Shown here one piece after another: positions 41,401-49,614 of a DNA stretch of 64,000 bases (position 1 is the stretch's first letter; each line of letters opens with the position of its first letter). The stretch covers positions 32,001 through 96,000 of the forward strand of contig JBCBJQ010000005.1 in the NCBI GenBank assembly GCA_038523235.1. Reading direction: 5' to 3'. The notes beneath the pieces were generated by a model. The model made no database searches. It saw nothing but the letters and a program-made list of their open reading frames with translations, and had not been told where the DNA came from. The DNA is from Cyanobacteria bacterium J06626_4. Its GTDB lineage: Bacteria > Cyanobacteriota > Cyanobacteriia > Phormidesmidales > Phormidesmidaceae. Position numbers and translations under genes: made by a program.

Positions 41401-43892
41401 ATGAGGTTGGTGGGGTCGTCGTTGACTGCCAATACGCCGACGGTCACATTCGCTGTAGTGACGCCGCCATTTTGGTCATCAACCTGCACCACAAACTGAT
41501 CGAGACCGTTGAAATCAGCATTGGGCGTGTAGGTAACTGACTGAGTGGCCCCAGTATCGGTCGTCGAAACGCTGGCCGTACCGTTGGCACCATTAGTCAA
41601 AATCGACCAGGCAAAAGTCGTATCGGCTGGATCGGTGGCGGTAAAGATGAGAGTACCGGTGTCATCTTCCTGGACAGTCAGCGAAGTGCTGCCAGGCGAT
41701 AGGGTCGGGGCAATGTTGCTAACGGTAATGCTTTGAGAGGTGCTGGTAATTTCGCCAAAGCTGTCTTGCACACTGACCGAAATCGTCGGTGTGCCATCGG
41801 CTAAGTACTGATGGTCAGTACTGAATGAATAGGTGTTGGTAGAGCCGTCAAAGAGCAGATCGCCATCGCTGAGCGTGTCAGTAGAGCCATCGCCCCAGTT
41901 AATCGTGAGGGTAAATGAATCGCCCGCATCAGGATCGATAAAGCTACCCGTCAGCGTGACCGTTTCGCCTTCGTTAATCGTGTCTGATGAGGGCGTGATG
42001 GTCAGGTTAGTAGGGGCATCTGGCTGAGCAGTCACGGTAACGTTGACGTCGATCGTGTCAAACCCACCGTCGTCATCGCCGACTTGAATTTGAAAGGTAT
42101 CCGTGCCGCTAAAGTCGGCATCGGGCGTGTAGGTAAAGGTTTGGTTGGCCGCGGCGGGATTGGTCGGCGGGGTAACTGTACCGTTGCTGGGGGTGCCGAC
42201 GCTCCAGTTCAAGACATCCGCTGAGGAAGCGTCAGTAGCCGTGAGGAAAAAGCTGTCGGCGTTGTCTTCGTTGATAGTAAGCGTGATCGGGCCGTCGGGC
42301 ACAATTACTGGTGCCACGTTGCCGACCGCGATTGACCGCGTTTCGGGTGGGGCAGTCAGCCCAGCGCCGTCTTCGAGTGTGACACTGACATTAAAGGGCG
42401 CGCCCCCGACATTGTTGTCAACATAGATATGAGTGGCGGTAAATGATTTGTTGCCGTTAGCGTCGATATTGACTAAAACGTCATTTCCCAAAATGCTGGG
42501 TGCGGTGCCATCACCCCAGTCAATCGTGAGCGTTTGCGTGTCACCCTGATCGGGATCAAAGATTTGGCCGGTCACGGTCACCGGGGTGCCCTCAGAGGCC
42601 GCAGCTGGGACGTTTAGACTGACGATCGCCGGCGCTTCGTTGACATCGGTGACCTGCACAAAAACGGTTTCGGTATCGCTAAAGCCCGCCCCATCTTTAG
42701 CCGTAATCTCCAGCTGATAGTTGTTATTGCCCCCTTCAAAGTTCAAATCACCGGGGTCGTTGACGGTGAGTTCGCCCGTGGTCGCATTGATGGCAAACGC
42801 GCGCACGCTATCGCCATCGTTATCGGGGTTACCACTGGTGATCGACCAGTTGGTGACCGTGCCAGCCGCATTGACCACCCCATCCACACCGTCAGACAAC
42901 GGCGTCGTGGCAGCACTGTTTTCGGCAATGGCAAAGAGCTGTACCGGATCAATCACCGGGGGCGTATTGAGCGTGATGGTGATGCCGTCTGCGGTAGTCG
43001 TCTGCACGGTGCCTACACCGTCGACGGCAAAGAAGTAGGTAGTACCATTGCTGGCGTTGAAGTTGACGCTGCTGGTGGTGTTACCCGGAGCCGCATCATC
43101 GTTGCGGGCAATTAGGGTCAACCCAGCGACGGTGGTGCCGGTATAGACGGCCAAAACCGTATTGATATCGCTGCCGGCGGTGTTAACGTTCACCTGGCCA
43201 TCGACGTTGGCAGTCCAACTCCACCAGAGCGAATTATTGATGCTTTCTTGCAGCTCGAGTGGCAGCCCCGCAACGGTGGGGTCGTGAATCGGCTCCCCAG
43301 CTTCCGACGTTGCGGCACTGTTGTCACCGGTCAAGGAGTTATTGGGGATGATGGGCGTGGCCCCGGCAAAACTATCTGACGCCAACACGCCTGGGTAGGC
43401 GGCCTGGGCAGCAGCGGTCAGCAGCTCACGCTGAGGCACTTCGCCCAAACGAGTTTCGAGCATCCACTGACCACCGGGGCTGATCGCCCCCAAGCGATGC
43501 GCAGAGGCGGCAATATTGGCCCCGGTCAGCGCGCGTAGCGCTGCCAAAAATTCTGCACCGGCATCGCCTGCAGCGACCTGACAGCCATACAGATAGATGT
43601 TTGCTAGCTGGCTTTGGGTAGCCCACTGACTCAATTGAGCGCGATAAGTGGGGAGGGTAGCTAGACCGAGTTGGCCATGACCGAGGGCCAATTCGCCGGG
43701 AGCCCCGTGGGCCACGATATAGACATCTGTAACGTGGGGACGCGACGCGAGGGCAGCGGTCATTTGCGCCACGCCATCGACAGCAGGAGACAAAATCAGG
43801 GCTTCGACATTCCCAGCCAAACCGGCCACCACCTGAGCAGGAGCATCGATACCGGCATCCACAAAGACAATGGATTGAGTTTTATTCGCCAT
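32487..43892 (-). CDS. giant acidic surface protein/adhesin (~3800 aa): DUF4347, PPC-like, cadherin, PKD-like, CSPG and Ig-like repeats, five C-terminal YLxxNPDVA repeats
   Basis: N-terminal IVFVDAG...AHGAPG...LYGCQVAAG (DUF4347), three (I/V)xWGDG PKD-like units and many CSPG/Ig-like repeats; start MANKTQS. Confidence 0.92.
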   Translation of the reverse strand: MANKTQSIVFVDAGIDAPAQVVAGLAGNVEALILSPAVDGVAQMTAALASRPHVTDVYIVAHGAPGELALGHGQLGLATLPTYRAQLSQWATQSQLANIYLYGCQVAAGDAGAEFLAALRALTGANIAASAHRLGAISPGGQWMLETRLGEVPQRELLTAAAQAAYPGVLASDSFAGATPIIPNNSLTGDNSAATSEAGEPIHDPTVAGLPLELQESINNSLWWSWTANVDGQVNVNTAGSDINTVLAVYTGTTVAGLTLIARNDDAAPGNTTSSVNFNASNGTTYFFAVDGVGTVQTTTADGITITLNTPPVIDPVQLFAIAENSAATTPLSDGVDGVVNAAGTVTNWSITSGNPDNDGDSVRAFAINATTGELTVNDPGDLNFEGGNNNYQLEITAKDGAGFSDTETVFVQVTDVNEAPAIVSLNVPAAASEGTPVTVTGQIFDPDQGDTQTLTIDWGDGTAPSILGNDVLVNIDANGNKSFTATHIYVDNNVGGAPFNVSVTLEDGAGLTAPPETRSIAVGNVAPVIVPDGPITLTINEDNADSFFLTATDASSADVLNWSVGTPSNGTVTPPTNPAAANQTFTYTPDADFSGTDTFQIQVGDDDGGFDTIDVNVTVTAQPDAPTNLTITPSSDTINEGETVTLTGSFIDPDAGDSFTLTINWGDGSTDTLSDGDLLFDGSTNTYSFSTDHQYLADGTPTISVSVQDSFGEITSTSQSITVSNIAPTLSPGSTSLTVQEDDTGTLIFTATDPADTTFAWSILTNGANGTASVSTTDTGATQSVTYTPNADFNGLDQFVVQVDDQNGGVTTANVTVGVLAVNDDPTNLIITPDVTSLNEGSAVTLAGSFDDVDNSTDAFFDDTHTLTVDWGDGTVETFKDTDLTLGGAATDVTATKISFDGLTHTYVDEGTGSYTVTVTAADAAGQAIVTKQAIAVLNVDPTLVDPAASPATLALTEDTAEDFTVKATDVGIEDVLTWDVTAAPTNGTVTATTSAANGEQSFTYTPNLNFEGTDTFTLQVTDGDGGFQDLVYNVTVTGANDAPQVIVNNFNIVEDTPLDIDLSVLNAIDVEETDDNNINFTITGAAAGSFLVDGTPDNTFSRQDIIDGKVTFLYGSEVTPSFTITVEDSEPLATVVPGTITSFLKVNDAPVLTVGTFTVAEGAEAPINSSVLSATDEDDDNATLLFTVSDVEGGDFILSGSETSSFTQQDINNGLVTFRNDGSETDPSFNIKVEDDEGAFAEATGTGTVTAIDDDPEITVNTFTVVEGQVLNVDSTVLNATDDETTDSAQITFTVSGTDAGSFLLDGVASTTFTRQDIFAGRVTFLYEGEVDPVFDIKVEDGTGGEFTEAGNVISFTPTNDTPVFATLAPFTVNENDLTPIDNTILDATDADDDDSSLTFEVADVVGGDFLVEGQVATTFTQAQVDAGAVFFKNTGDDINPSYKITVSDDEGASTVAIGTGTVVTTDDNPEITVNNFDVKEGTSLLVDSTVLNATDDETTDSAQITFTVSGTDAGSFLVDGTANTTFTRQDILLNRVTFLYDGEVEPVFDIKVEDGTGNIFTEAGNVIGFEAVNDAPVFDTLATFNVPESGLVEIDETIIKATDADDLDSSLIFTVKDIVGGDFLVEGVVSTTFTQAQVNASDVFFQNDGTETAPSFNIKVEDDEGASTEATGTGTVTAANDAPTILTNEFKVTEGELLSITAAVLDATDEDSNDANILFTISGTDAGSFLVNGTASTTFTRQDISDGNVTFLYDGETSPVFSINVSDQETPAATIDVAGNVTEFNEVNDRPEFLNLTGGVLPTFNVNEGGNAPITNAIVAATDGDFEDSDLTFTVSNEEGGNFFIVGQTTPAQTFTQRDINLGRVFFKHDGNEIAPSYTITVSDGELTATATGTGTLNLINDDPEITVNDFNIVEGELLQVTSGVLNATDDETTDSTQITFTIGGTDAGSFLVDGVANTTFTRQDIDLNRVTFLYEGEVDPVFDITVTDGTGGTVTKAGDVEFTAKNDAPVFDTLNTFAVAEGGLTLINNAILNATDADDLNSSLLFTVSGEQGGKFLVNGVESSSFTQGQVNANDVFFQNDGTETPPSFNIKVEDDEGAFTEATGTGTVNATDDPPEIQANNFTVTEGVELTVTTAILDATDEDTADAQITFTIGGTDAGSFLLNGTPSTTFTREDILNGNVTFLYEGEGSPVFTIAVSDGTTTLAPVSGGIDDFTAVNDAPDFNIVFPNVAEDDIVDITTSVFVTTDAELTAGLTTTDDLVYTVDVTANGRFVIDGGDDPATKFTQADIESGLVDFVLEGEEAPSFTVTLNDGGSPVAENVTKSITPADFTFTPSNDLPLLLVNNLEVNEGDTVTLGTDNLFASDVETPAFDLEFTVSNVVNGTFNKTTFTLEDIIQGEVTFTHDDSNEVPGDASSLQASYDVVVSDGTDTSSDPIGAAAEVKVNPINDAPVLLVDNGVPTDPDPFLIDEGGTLILNETNIKATDTDTLPENLTFTVTNEVGGFFATTTDPTTPINTFTQADINSPSTIIFVHDDTETVPSYTLKVEDDGGNSDTQNYIAQLADQNDDPEITLNTLTLTEGDKVTLTTSNLQVTDEESGPADLTYTISNLTNGDFFNGATQLGNGDTFTQQDVIAGLISFEHNDLNDAPTYTLEVADNGTPPGSDTSVAAIAFTAINDDPVLDGNTTGATGEFVITQGGTANVTQAQLEVTDEETTNPALLVYTVDEAQTTNGGFLLNGVATTTFTQQDINTNRVSFAHDGSETAPTYTVTVTDNGVPEAKEITFTVDLTATFTQVNEDPVFTASQLSPVEGELITLTAADINATDREDAATLLEFSIDPANVTGGDFFLNGVALGAADTFSLVQINAGLVTFKDDGDEVPPTFDVTVTDTDGGTVTETATINVDNFQVNDDPTLDVNAFTLNEGQVLILDDTNLKASDAETTDPAQLTYTVTPPEGGGFFLNGLTPTTTFTQEDINNKAIAFKQDDTSTEPSFTITVTDPDGGETSAEAIVTFTSVNDTPTANDDSGEGFTTNEDTAFTTPDLTLNDTDEEGTPLTVSQVNGGVATLASGATVTINGNSINYDPNGKFEDLAVGETKTDTFTYTLSDNDPMGAETDTATVTIVIEGANDAPTAVADTGATNENTTTVIDVLANDSDPDTNDTLTILSVDTTGVLGQVTNNGTTLTYNPTAAPGSLKDGETRDEIFTYVVSDGNGGTATASVKVTVTGVNDAPTAVDDAGEGFATDDNQALTTAVLTLNDSDPDDDPLTVTKINGTAIASGATATLPSNGQVTLNANNSVTYTPSPTFKALSVGQSTTDTFTYTIDDGNGGTDDATVTIVINGANDAPVATDDTTGLATTEGTPITISVLANDTDADTGDTLVVESVDTTGITGQVINNGGDLTYIPALVLKGGETVDETFSYTVSDGNGGTDTAAVKVTVTGVNDAPIAITDSGGGFITNEVTAFVTGNVLANDSDPEGSLITLTSFDTSGTQGLVTSNGDGTFNYDPNGAFNTLPQGQTATDSFSYTVQDADGLTSTATVNIQVNGLLSEFFDFERFLQEQNPAAVAPADTIAGLPLAQLYDENFYLSQNPDVAGAVAAGGFSSGYQHFVTLGINEGRSPSVLYNEAFYLSANPDIANGVANGSIASGLAHFLNSGHIEGRDPSALFDQSDYLTANPDVANAVASGVFDSAFDHYVTVGAEESRLPSLSLYNESFYLSNNPDIAAGVANGTISSGYDHFISLGQTEGRAPSSLYSEASYLARNPDVADAVNAGTFISGFQHYEDIGRFEGRFVF
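37230..40775 (-). repeat. intragenic tandem array of about 5.5 A-B double-domain units (~640-660 bp period)
   Basis: alternating 'PEITVNxF...GTDAGSFL...FTRQDI...VTFLY' and 'NDAPVFDTL...GGDFLV...FTQ...FxNDG' modules. Confidence 0.85.
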
Positions 43893-44997
43893 GATTCGCA
43901 TTCCCCAAAAATCTCCACACTGCATTCAAGTTCACCATTACCAACGAGCACCGTCTCCTTCTTATGGCGGTCAAGACGCTGCCCAAAGTCTATAAGAGGT
44001 TTCCCGAAATATCACCGAAAAAACACTAGCTTTCGGCATCTTTCCGACAAAAAAATCTCTTTTCTACTGATATAAATCCGCCGTTCTTACGCTCACCATT
44101 TTGCCCAGATGCCCGTCACCGCAATCATAAAATCGGGGCTTAAGCATCGACCAAAAACTTCTAATTCATCGATACTGCACCGTCACAAGACATCACAGAG
44201 ACATTTTTAGGAGGCCAACTCAGCTCATTGGGCCTTCACAATTGGCATCGCGGGTCAGTCAATCAGGCTGATCACCATGCGACTGCTTGCGCATTGCCGC
44301 GATCGCGCTTGTCACAAAGGTTTACGGCGATTGTAGTCGTCACTCTAAACCCGAATCTTCCCCTTACTCGTGATGTGTTTAGCGTTTGTGCCCGCTAGAC
44401 GAAAATAATGATACCCACGATGTCATTTAAAACACGCACTTCAACCAGCTTTTTCTCGAAAAATCCCAGTCTTAGCGAGTGAGCCAAGTCGATTCAGCGG
44501 CCTTTTTACACTAATCAATCGAGAAATACGGAGACAATCAGGAGGGCTCTTTTACCAAAACGGCCACTACGATAGACGAACTGGAACATAATCCCGGAAT
44601 TTTTTAATAAACTGTTACAAGCCGATCTCTGATGAATCTCGCTGTTGTTTTCAAGTCAGCACAAAAAACTCCCAAGATCGCACCAATATTCAGCAAAATT
44701 CACCAAAAATCTTGGATTTGAAGGTCGGGCTGCTCCCTGTGATCGGGCGCGATGCTCTGGTGTAGAGAGTCGAACTTGCCTCCGCCATGATCGGGAGTAA
44801 TGGCGCCGGGCTAACGATTGCGCGATGTATCATTCTTGTCAGTTCGGTTAATCTTGAAAACCGATTGATTCATCGCCCATAATGGCCACTGAGACTCAGT
44901 CTGGCATTCAGCAGAGATTCATTAATTGTTGACAGGTTAATGATAGAAAACCCGCTCGGTCATGGGTCGTGTTAAATGCTAGAGCTGAGAGCCAAGT

Positions 44998-45041
44998 GGC
45001 TACACAGTCTGCTCCGGAGCAGGCTGGCGACCACTGTAGCC
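44998..45041. repeat. stem-loop in the long intergenic region
   Basis: ggctaca-cagtctgctc-cg-gagcaggctg-...-tgtagcc. Confidence 0.55.
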
Positions 45042-45461
45042 GCCCTCGATCACCGGAGCTTGACGCTGCCCAGCCCTGGCCAAATCTTGTTTGCACCTTG
45101 AACCCGGCACCTTTGTACCCTCTGCTATAGGTTGTGACCTCATCAAACTGCGGCTGGTCATCGCTCGCGACGTTCGTTTGAGGTGGCGACATGAGCGTTT
45201 TAGCGGTTGTCGAGCGCGCGCGCCGCTGTGTGCCAATTCCTTGTCAGTGGGCATCCGTCTAAAACCGGCTGTAACCCAGCCACTGCAGTGTTTTTGATAA
45301 AAACCGCTTGGGGTGAGTCCCAGACTATTGGCAGCAACTGGGCTTTTGAGCCGTGATTGTGGCGGCGGCTCAGGAGTTTGATTGACTTAACGTACCAGTG
45401 AGACAGTCAGCCGATCGCTCATCAAAAAAATTCAGTAAAGCGGTTGCGGCCACTGATCGGC

Positions 45462-45508
45462 CAGTCCCTCGTTGGGCCAGTGGCGATCGCTGGCCCAACG
45501 AGGGACTG
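45462..45508. repeat. 19-bp perfect inverted repeat with HIP1 in the loop
   Basis: cagtccctcgttgggccag-tggcgatcg-ctggcccaacgagggactg. Confidence 0.88.
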
Positions 45509-45968
45509 CCGGTCTGGTAAATAACGCGGAGTAATGCCCTTTAGAGCCCGTTGCCCACCTTGAGAAGGGTGTAGGGTCTTGGGAGTAACACTGCTGGAGG
45601 TTCGGGGAGGCTGGTTGTCTGGTGATGCAAGACCAGTCTTGGAGACGGACAACCCGGCCAGCCGAGCTGACTCGTTGTTCTTCAGTGAAAATAAGCTGCT
45701 GCTGACCCTGCTGACCTGCTCTGAATAAGTCGGAAGGAGTCATTATTGGTCCGATGTGTTGGCAGTAGCGTCCACATCAAAGCCTTGCAGAGTCATGTGG
45801 ACAGCGATGCCTAACGGCACCCTACAGCATCGCTTATTTGTGCCTACCTGCTTATACCGCTGGCTACTTTGCTCCGCTCACCCAGGAGCACTCTGAATCC
45901 TCAGCGCATCAGCAAAGTGGCTCCGCCGTCTGCTCCTAACCAGACTGGTGACGACGATGCCAGCAGCA

Positions 45969-46163
45969 CTAAAACCGCGATCGCATCTTTCTCTTGCGCT
46001 GTCGATGCATCGCGAGTTCCTTGCGCTTGCGTTTTTCGATGGGGGTTTCAAAGTGACGATGCTTTTTCATATCGGGAAAAATGCCTGCCTGCGACACCTT
46101 ACGTTTGAAACGTCGCAGCACCGATTCCATCCCTTCGCCTTCTCCAGGAATGATCTGAGCCAT
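45969..46163 (-). CDS. rpsU: 30S ribosomal protein S21
   Basis: [36 protein letters not shown]; downstream of rbp. Confidence 0.95.
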   Translation of the reverse strand: MAQIIPGEGEGMESVLRRFKRKVSQAGIFPDMKKHRHFETPIEKRKRKELAMHRQRKRKMRSRF

Positions 46164-46289
46164 TGTTTTACTCCATAACTTTGAGCGGTTCAGCGATCGT
46201 CCCAAGACTGAGTCAAGCCCTGAACCGCACACCTGGCTGTTAGCGTTTTACGGGGTGCCGCCGGCCACGCTCAGGGCACCCTTTGAGAC

Positions 46290-46583
46290 TTAATACCGGC
46301 GCGAACCGCCGCCTCGGTTGCCGCCGCCTGGCCCCCGGTTTTCTCGGGGTTTGGCCTTGTTGACCTTTAAATCGCGCCCCATCCATTCGGCGCCGTCAAG
46401 GGCTTCGATCGCGGCTGACTCTTCGGCATCGGAGTCCATTTCAATAAAGGCAAAGCCTCGCATGCGACCTGTTTCACGATCCTTCGGCAAATGCACACTC
46501 TTTACCGTGCCATATTCCGAAAAGGTTTGCGTGACATCATCTTGAGTCACATCGTAGGAAAGGTTGCCAGCGTAAATAGTCAT
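46290..46583 (-). CDS. RRM RNA-binding protein with Gly-rich tail (RbpA family)
   Basis: RNP2 IYAGNL, RNP1 RGFAFIEM and WMGRDLKVNKAKPRE. Confidence 0.96.
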   Translation of the reverse strand: MTIYAGNLSYDVTQDDVTQTFSEYGTVKSVHLPKDRETGRMRGFAFIEMDSDAEESAAIEALDGAEWMGRDLKVNKAKPRENRGPGGGNRGGGSRRY

Positions 46584-46589
46584 GAACAG

Positions 46590-46659
46590 TCTCCAAAATC
46601 AAAAGGCGTCGAAGAGTTAGATTCGGAGAAACGTTGTTAAGACGATTTATACAGCCGAA
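46590..46659 (-). promoter_or_regulatory. rbp 5'UTR conserved boxes (RBS, Box I anti-RBS, Box III)
   Basis: minus strand: TTCGGCTG (46652-46659), TCTCCGAA (46622-46629) and TTTGGAGA RBS (46590-46597). Confidence 0.7.
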
Positions 46660-46861
46660 AGTAAATCCTCCTAGGACGCTAGCACAGGATGAACCGTCTG
46701 CGGCGAATTGTTGAGATATGCATTCTGTCAGATCTGTTGCGTCAAGGGCTCCTGTTGATAACCCTGAATCCCGCTGATATCAATCAATTTGGTCACGTCT
46801 CCAGAATTTCTACCGGGGGCACCTAGTCCCGTCAGCAGTAGACTGCAGACATTCTGTCGGC

Positions 46862-49519
46862 TCAATCAGTGGGTGGAGAATCTTCTAACGAATTGGGCAT
46901 CGGCAGGGTTTTGTCGTTGAGGGAATTGTGCTGCATCAGAATCACAGTCGAGGTGCTGTGATAAGCCACCTCTAGGGGAATGTTGCCTTTGATTACATGG
47001 CTCAAGAGCCCTTCGCGACTGGCGCCCATGACGATGACGTCATTCAATTGATGCTGCGCCAGTTGAATGATCGCCTCAGATACATTGTCGCCCACGGTTA
47101 ATTGAGTTTTGACTGGCGTCTGCAATCGCCGTTCTAACACTGCCGCGCGACGCACCAGCTGGCGGTGCAGGTGATGCTGATCGGCTTTTTTAGAGGCGAT
47201 CGCACAGAGGTCAATTTGCGGCTTGTGATCCAGGGTAATCAGGGCGGGCAGCAACCGCATGGCCAGTTTGGAGTTGGGACCACCGGCTGACGGCAAGAGC
47301 CAGCGCCGCAGCCGGTCGGACCGCCCCGGTTTGACGACAATCACTGGACAAGGCGCCTGACGCAGTAACGTATCGACGACATTGCCCATCACCCGGCCCG
47401 GTGTGAGGGAGGGGCGCTTCCAGCCCAGCAAAATCTGATCGATGTGCCGCTTTTTGACCACCTCTAGCAGGGTTGGGGCCACGTCGTGGGCCACGCGAAT
47501 TTGCGTATGCAGCGGCACTTTGGTCCCTTGCAATGCCTGTTGTGCCAAACTCAGCAATTGCTGACTCGGGGCCGTATTGACGGGCGCTTCTTCGGGGGAT
47601 AGCGATCGCGGCACGAGAATCACATGCAGGCATTCCAGCTCGTATTGCTCTTGGCGGGCGATCGCGATCGCCAGATTGAGCAGCAGCGGTGCCGTCTCCG
47701 GATCGCTTAAGGGTACCAACAGCCGCCCGCGTCCAACGGCGGGTGAGCGCGCGCGATAAATGCCGCAAGAGGGCGTGGCCACCGGCCCCTCGGTCGTGTT
47801 TTTGCCGCTGAGCCGTTCTGACTCGGCGCGAATAATATCGCCGCGAGTGATGATGCCGACCAGCTTATTGCCATCCGTCACTGGCAGCCGACTCACCTTT
47901 AACCGATTGAGCAGATCCAGCACCTGAGGCAAAGACGATTCCGGGATGACGGTGACCGGGTGCGGCGTCATGATGTCTCGCACAAGCTGGTCGTTGGACA
48001 CGTCAGTTTGAGTAGTGTCACCCAAGTCAGTTTGGGTGACAATGCCCACCAGCTTGCCCTGATGCAACACCGGAAAGCCGCGATGATGCGATCGCGAAAA
48101 GGCCTCTAACGCCTGACGGAGGGTGAGCGTTGCCGCCAACGTTTCGACCCGCCGCTGCATCAGATCTGCCGCCGTCAGCCCCGCCCACGGATTCACATCT
48201 GACGGGGTGGGATTCAGCTGAATGCCCTGAAAGGCCAGTAGGCGATCGTAGATAGGCACTCCGGCAATCCGCTCGCTGAACAAATAAGCCAAGCCGGAGC
48301 CCACCATCAGCGGCAGCACTAGATTGAAATTGGCCGTCATCTCAAACACGATGACAATCGCGGTAATCGGACCCCGCGTGACAGCGCTAAAAAACGCGCC
48401 CATGCCCGTCAACGCATAGGTCGTGGTATTGCTACTTTCTAATGTCCCAACGGGGAGCCCCATCCAGGCGTGGCCGGTCTGGGCGACAAAACTCACCAGG
48501 CACCCTAGCGCCGACCCCAACACCAGCGCCGGAGCAAACAGCCCCCCAGAGGCGCCGGAGCCGTAGGCCAGCAGGGTCAGGCAAAACTTGGCCACAAACG
48601 CGGCGGTGATGATCTGCCAGGCGGCACCCCCCGTCACTAAAAACTCGCGCAGGCCCGTATTATCTTGCGCGGCGATCGGCAGCGCCGCCCCCACCAGCCC
48701 AGTCAGACACCCAGCCAGCCCAATTTTGAGCGGCAGGCTCAGGGAGGTCAGGCGCTGAAAAAAGCTCAGGCTGGAAAAAATGCCCTGGCTAAACAGGCCG
48801 CCCAAGATGCCCGCCATCACCCCCAGCAGCACTAAAAAGGGCAGGTCTTGCACCGAGAACCCGGTCTGCATCATGCCGAAGCTGTTGAGGTTGAGCCCCT
48901 GGCCCCCCAGTAGCCGAGACACCACAGCCCCCACAAAGGAGGCTAAAATCGCCGTCCCTAAGGTCAGGTTAGAGAAATCCTGCAGCAGTTCTTCGACCAC
49001 AAACAACACGCCCGCAATCGGTGCGTTGAAACCCGCTGCCAGACCCGCCGCGGCCCCAGCGGCGATCAGCTGGCGACGATATTCGGGTGAGGTGGGCACC
49101 CACTGGCTGAGTTGAGCGGCCAACGCCGCCCCGATTTGCACCGTGGGGCCTTGTCGCCCTAACGACAGCCCCGACCCTAGCGCCAAGATGGTGCTAAACA
49201 ATTTGGTCAGGGCCACGCGCAGATTAAGCGGCACGTCATGATAGGCCAAAGCGGCTTTGACTTTTGGGATACCGCTACCCACGGCCTCCGGCGATACGCG
49301 CTCCAACAGCCACCCCGACGCCACGCCCCCCAATAAGCCCACGGTCGGCAACAAAAACCAAGCGGGCAGGGCGCTGTTGAGTCGCCAGTCGGTTAGCACT
49401 TCTACGCTTTGTTTCAGGGCCACTGCTGCTAAGCCCGAAACCACACCGATGATGCAGGCTTCTAAAAAGGCAACCCGCTTTGGACCAAAAAATTTGTGCA
49501 AGCGCCGGAAGCGCAGCAT
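46862..49519 (-). CDS. ClC family chloride channel/transporter with CBS pair and USP domains
   Basis: GSGIP, GRQGP, AAGFNAPIAG and GGLFAP motifs; CBS repeats; C-terminal USP-like IVMGASREG. Confidence 0.93.
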   Translation of the reverse strand: MLRFRRLHKFFGPKRVAFLEACIIGVVSGLAAVALKQSVEVLTDWRLNSALPAWFLLPTVGLLGGVASGWLLERVSPEAVGSGIPKVKAALAYHDVPLNLRVALTKLFSTILALGSGLSLGRQGPTVQIGAALAAQLSQWVPTSPEYRRQLIAAGAAAGLAAGFNAPIAGVLFVVEELLQDFSNLTLGTAILASFVGAVVSRLLGGQGLNLNSFGMMQTGFSVQDLPFLVLLGVMAGILGGLFSQGIFSSLSFFQRLTSLSLPLKIGLAGCLTGLVGAALPIAAQDNTGLREFLVTGGAAWQIITAAFVAKFCLTLLAYGSGASGGLFAPALVLGSALGCLVSFVAQTGHAWMGLPVGTLESSNTTTYALTGMGAFFSAVTRGPITAIVIVFEMTANFNLVLPLMVGSGLAYLFSERIAGVPIYDRLLAFQGIQLNPTPSDVNPWAGLTAADLMQRRVETLAATLTLRQALEAFSRSHHRGFPVLHQGKLVGIVTQTDLGDTTQTDVSNDQLVRDIMTPHPVTVIPESSLPQVLDLLNRLKVSRLPVTDGNKLVGIITRGDIIRAESERLSGKNTTEGPVATPSCGIYRARSPAVGRGRLLVPLSDPETAPLLLNLAIAIARQEQYELECLHVILVPRSLSPEEAPVNTAPSQQLLSLAQQALQGTKVPLHTQIRVAHDVAPTLLEVVKKRHIDQILLGWKRPSLTPGRVMGNVVDTLLRQAPCPVIVVKPGRSDRLRRWLLPSAGGPNSKLAMRLLPALITLDHKPQIDLCAIASKKADQHHLHRQLVRRAAVLERRLQTPVKTQLTVGDNVSEAIIQLAQHQLNDVIVMGASREGLLSHVIKGNIPLEVAYHSTSTVILMQHNSLNDKTLPMPNSLEDSPPTD

Positions 49520-49614
49520 GTTTAGACGTCACTAAACAACATCGAAAAGCGACTGCCGCGTGGGTCTCGAGGACGGCGCCGAGAGCCATCCGCGCGGCGG
49601 CTAAGGTCGCCTGG

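Noticed and set aside
24804..43626. Many 60-345-aa plus-strand and alternative-frame ORFs over the giant genes
   Set aside because: Shadows of biased, repetitive codon usage; they repeat in step with the real domains and have no independent motifs
44755..44830. tRNA-like end on the minus strand (AGTTCGACT...CACCA)
   Set aside because: The T-stem does not pair and the spacing to CCA is too short for an acceptor stem
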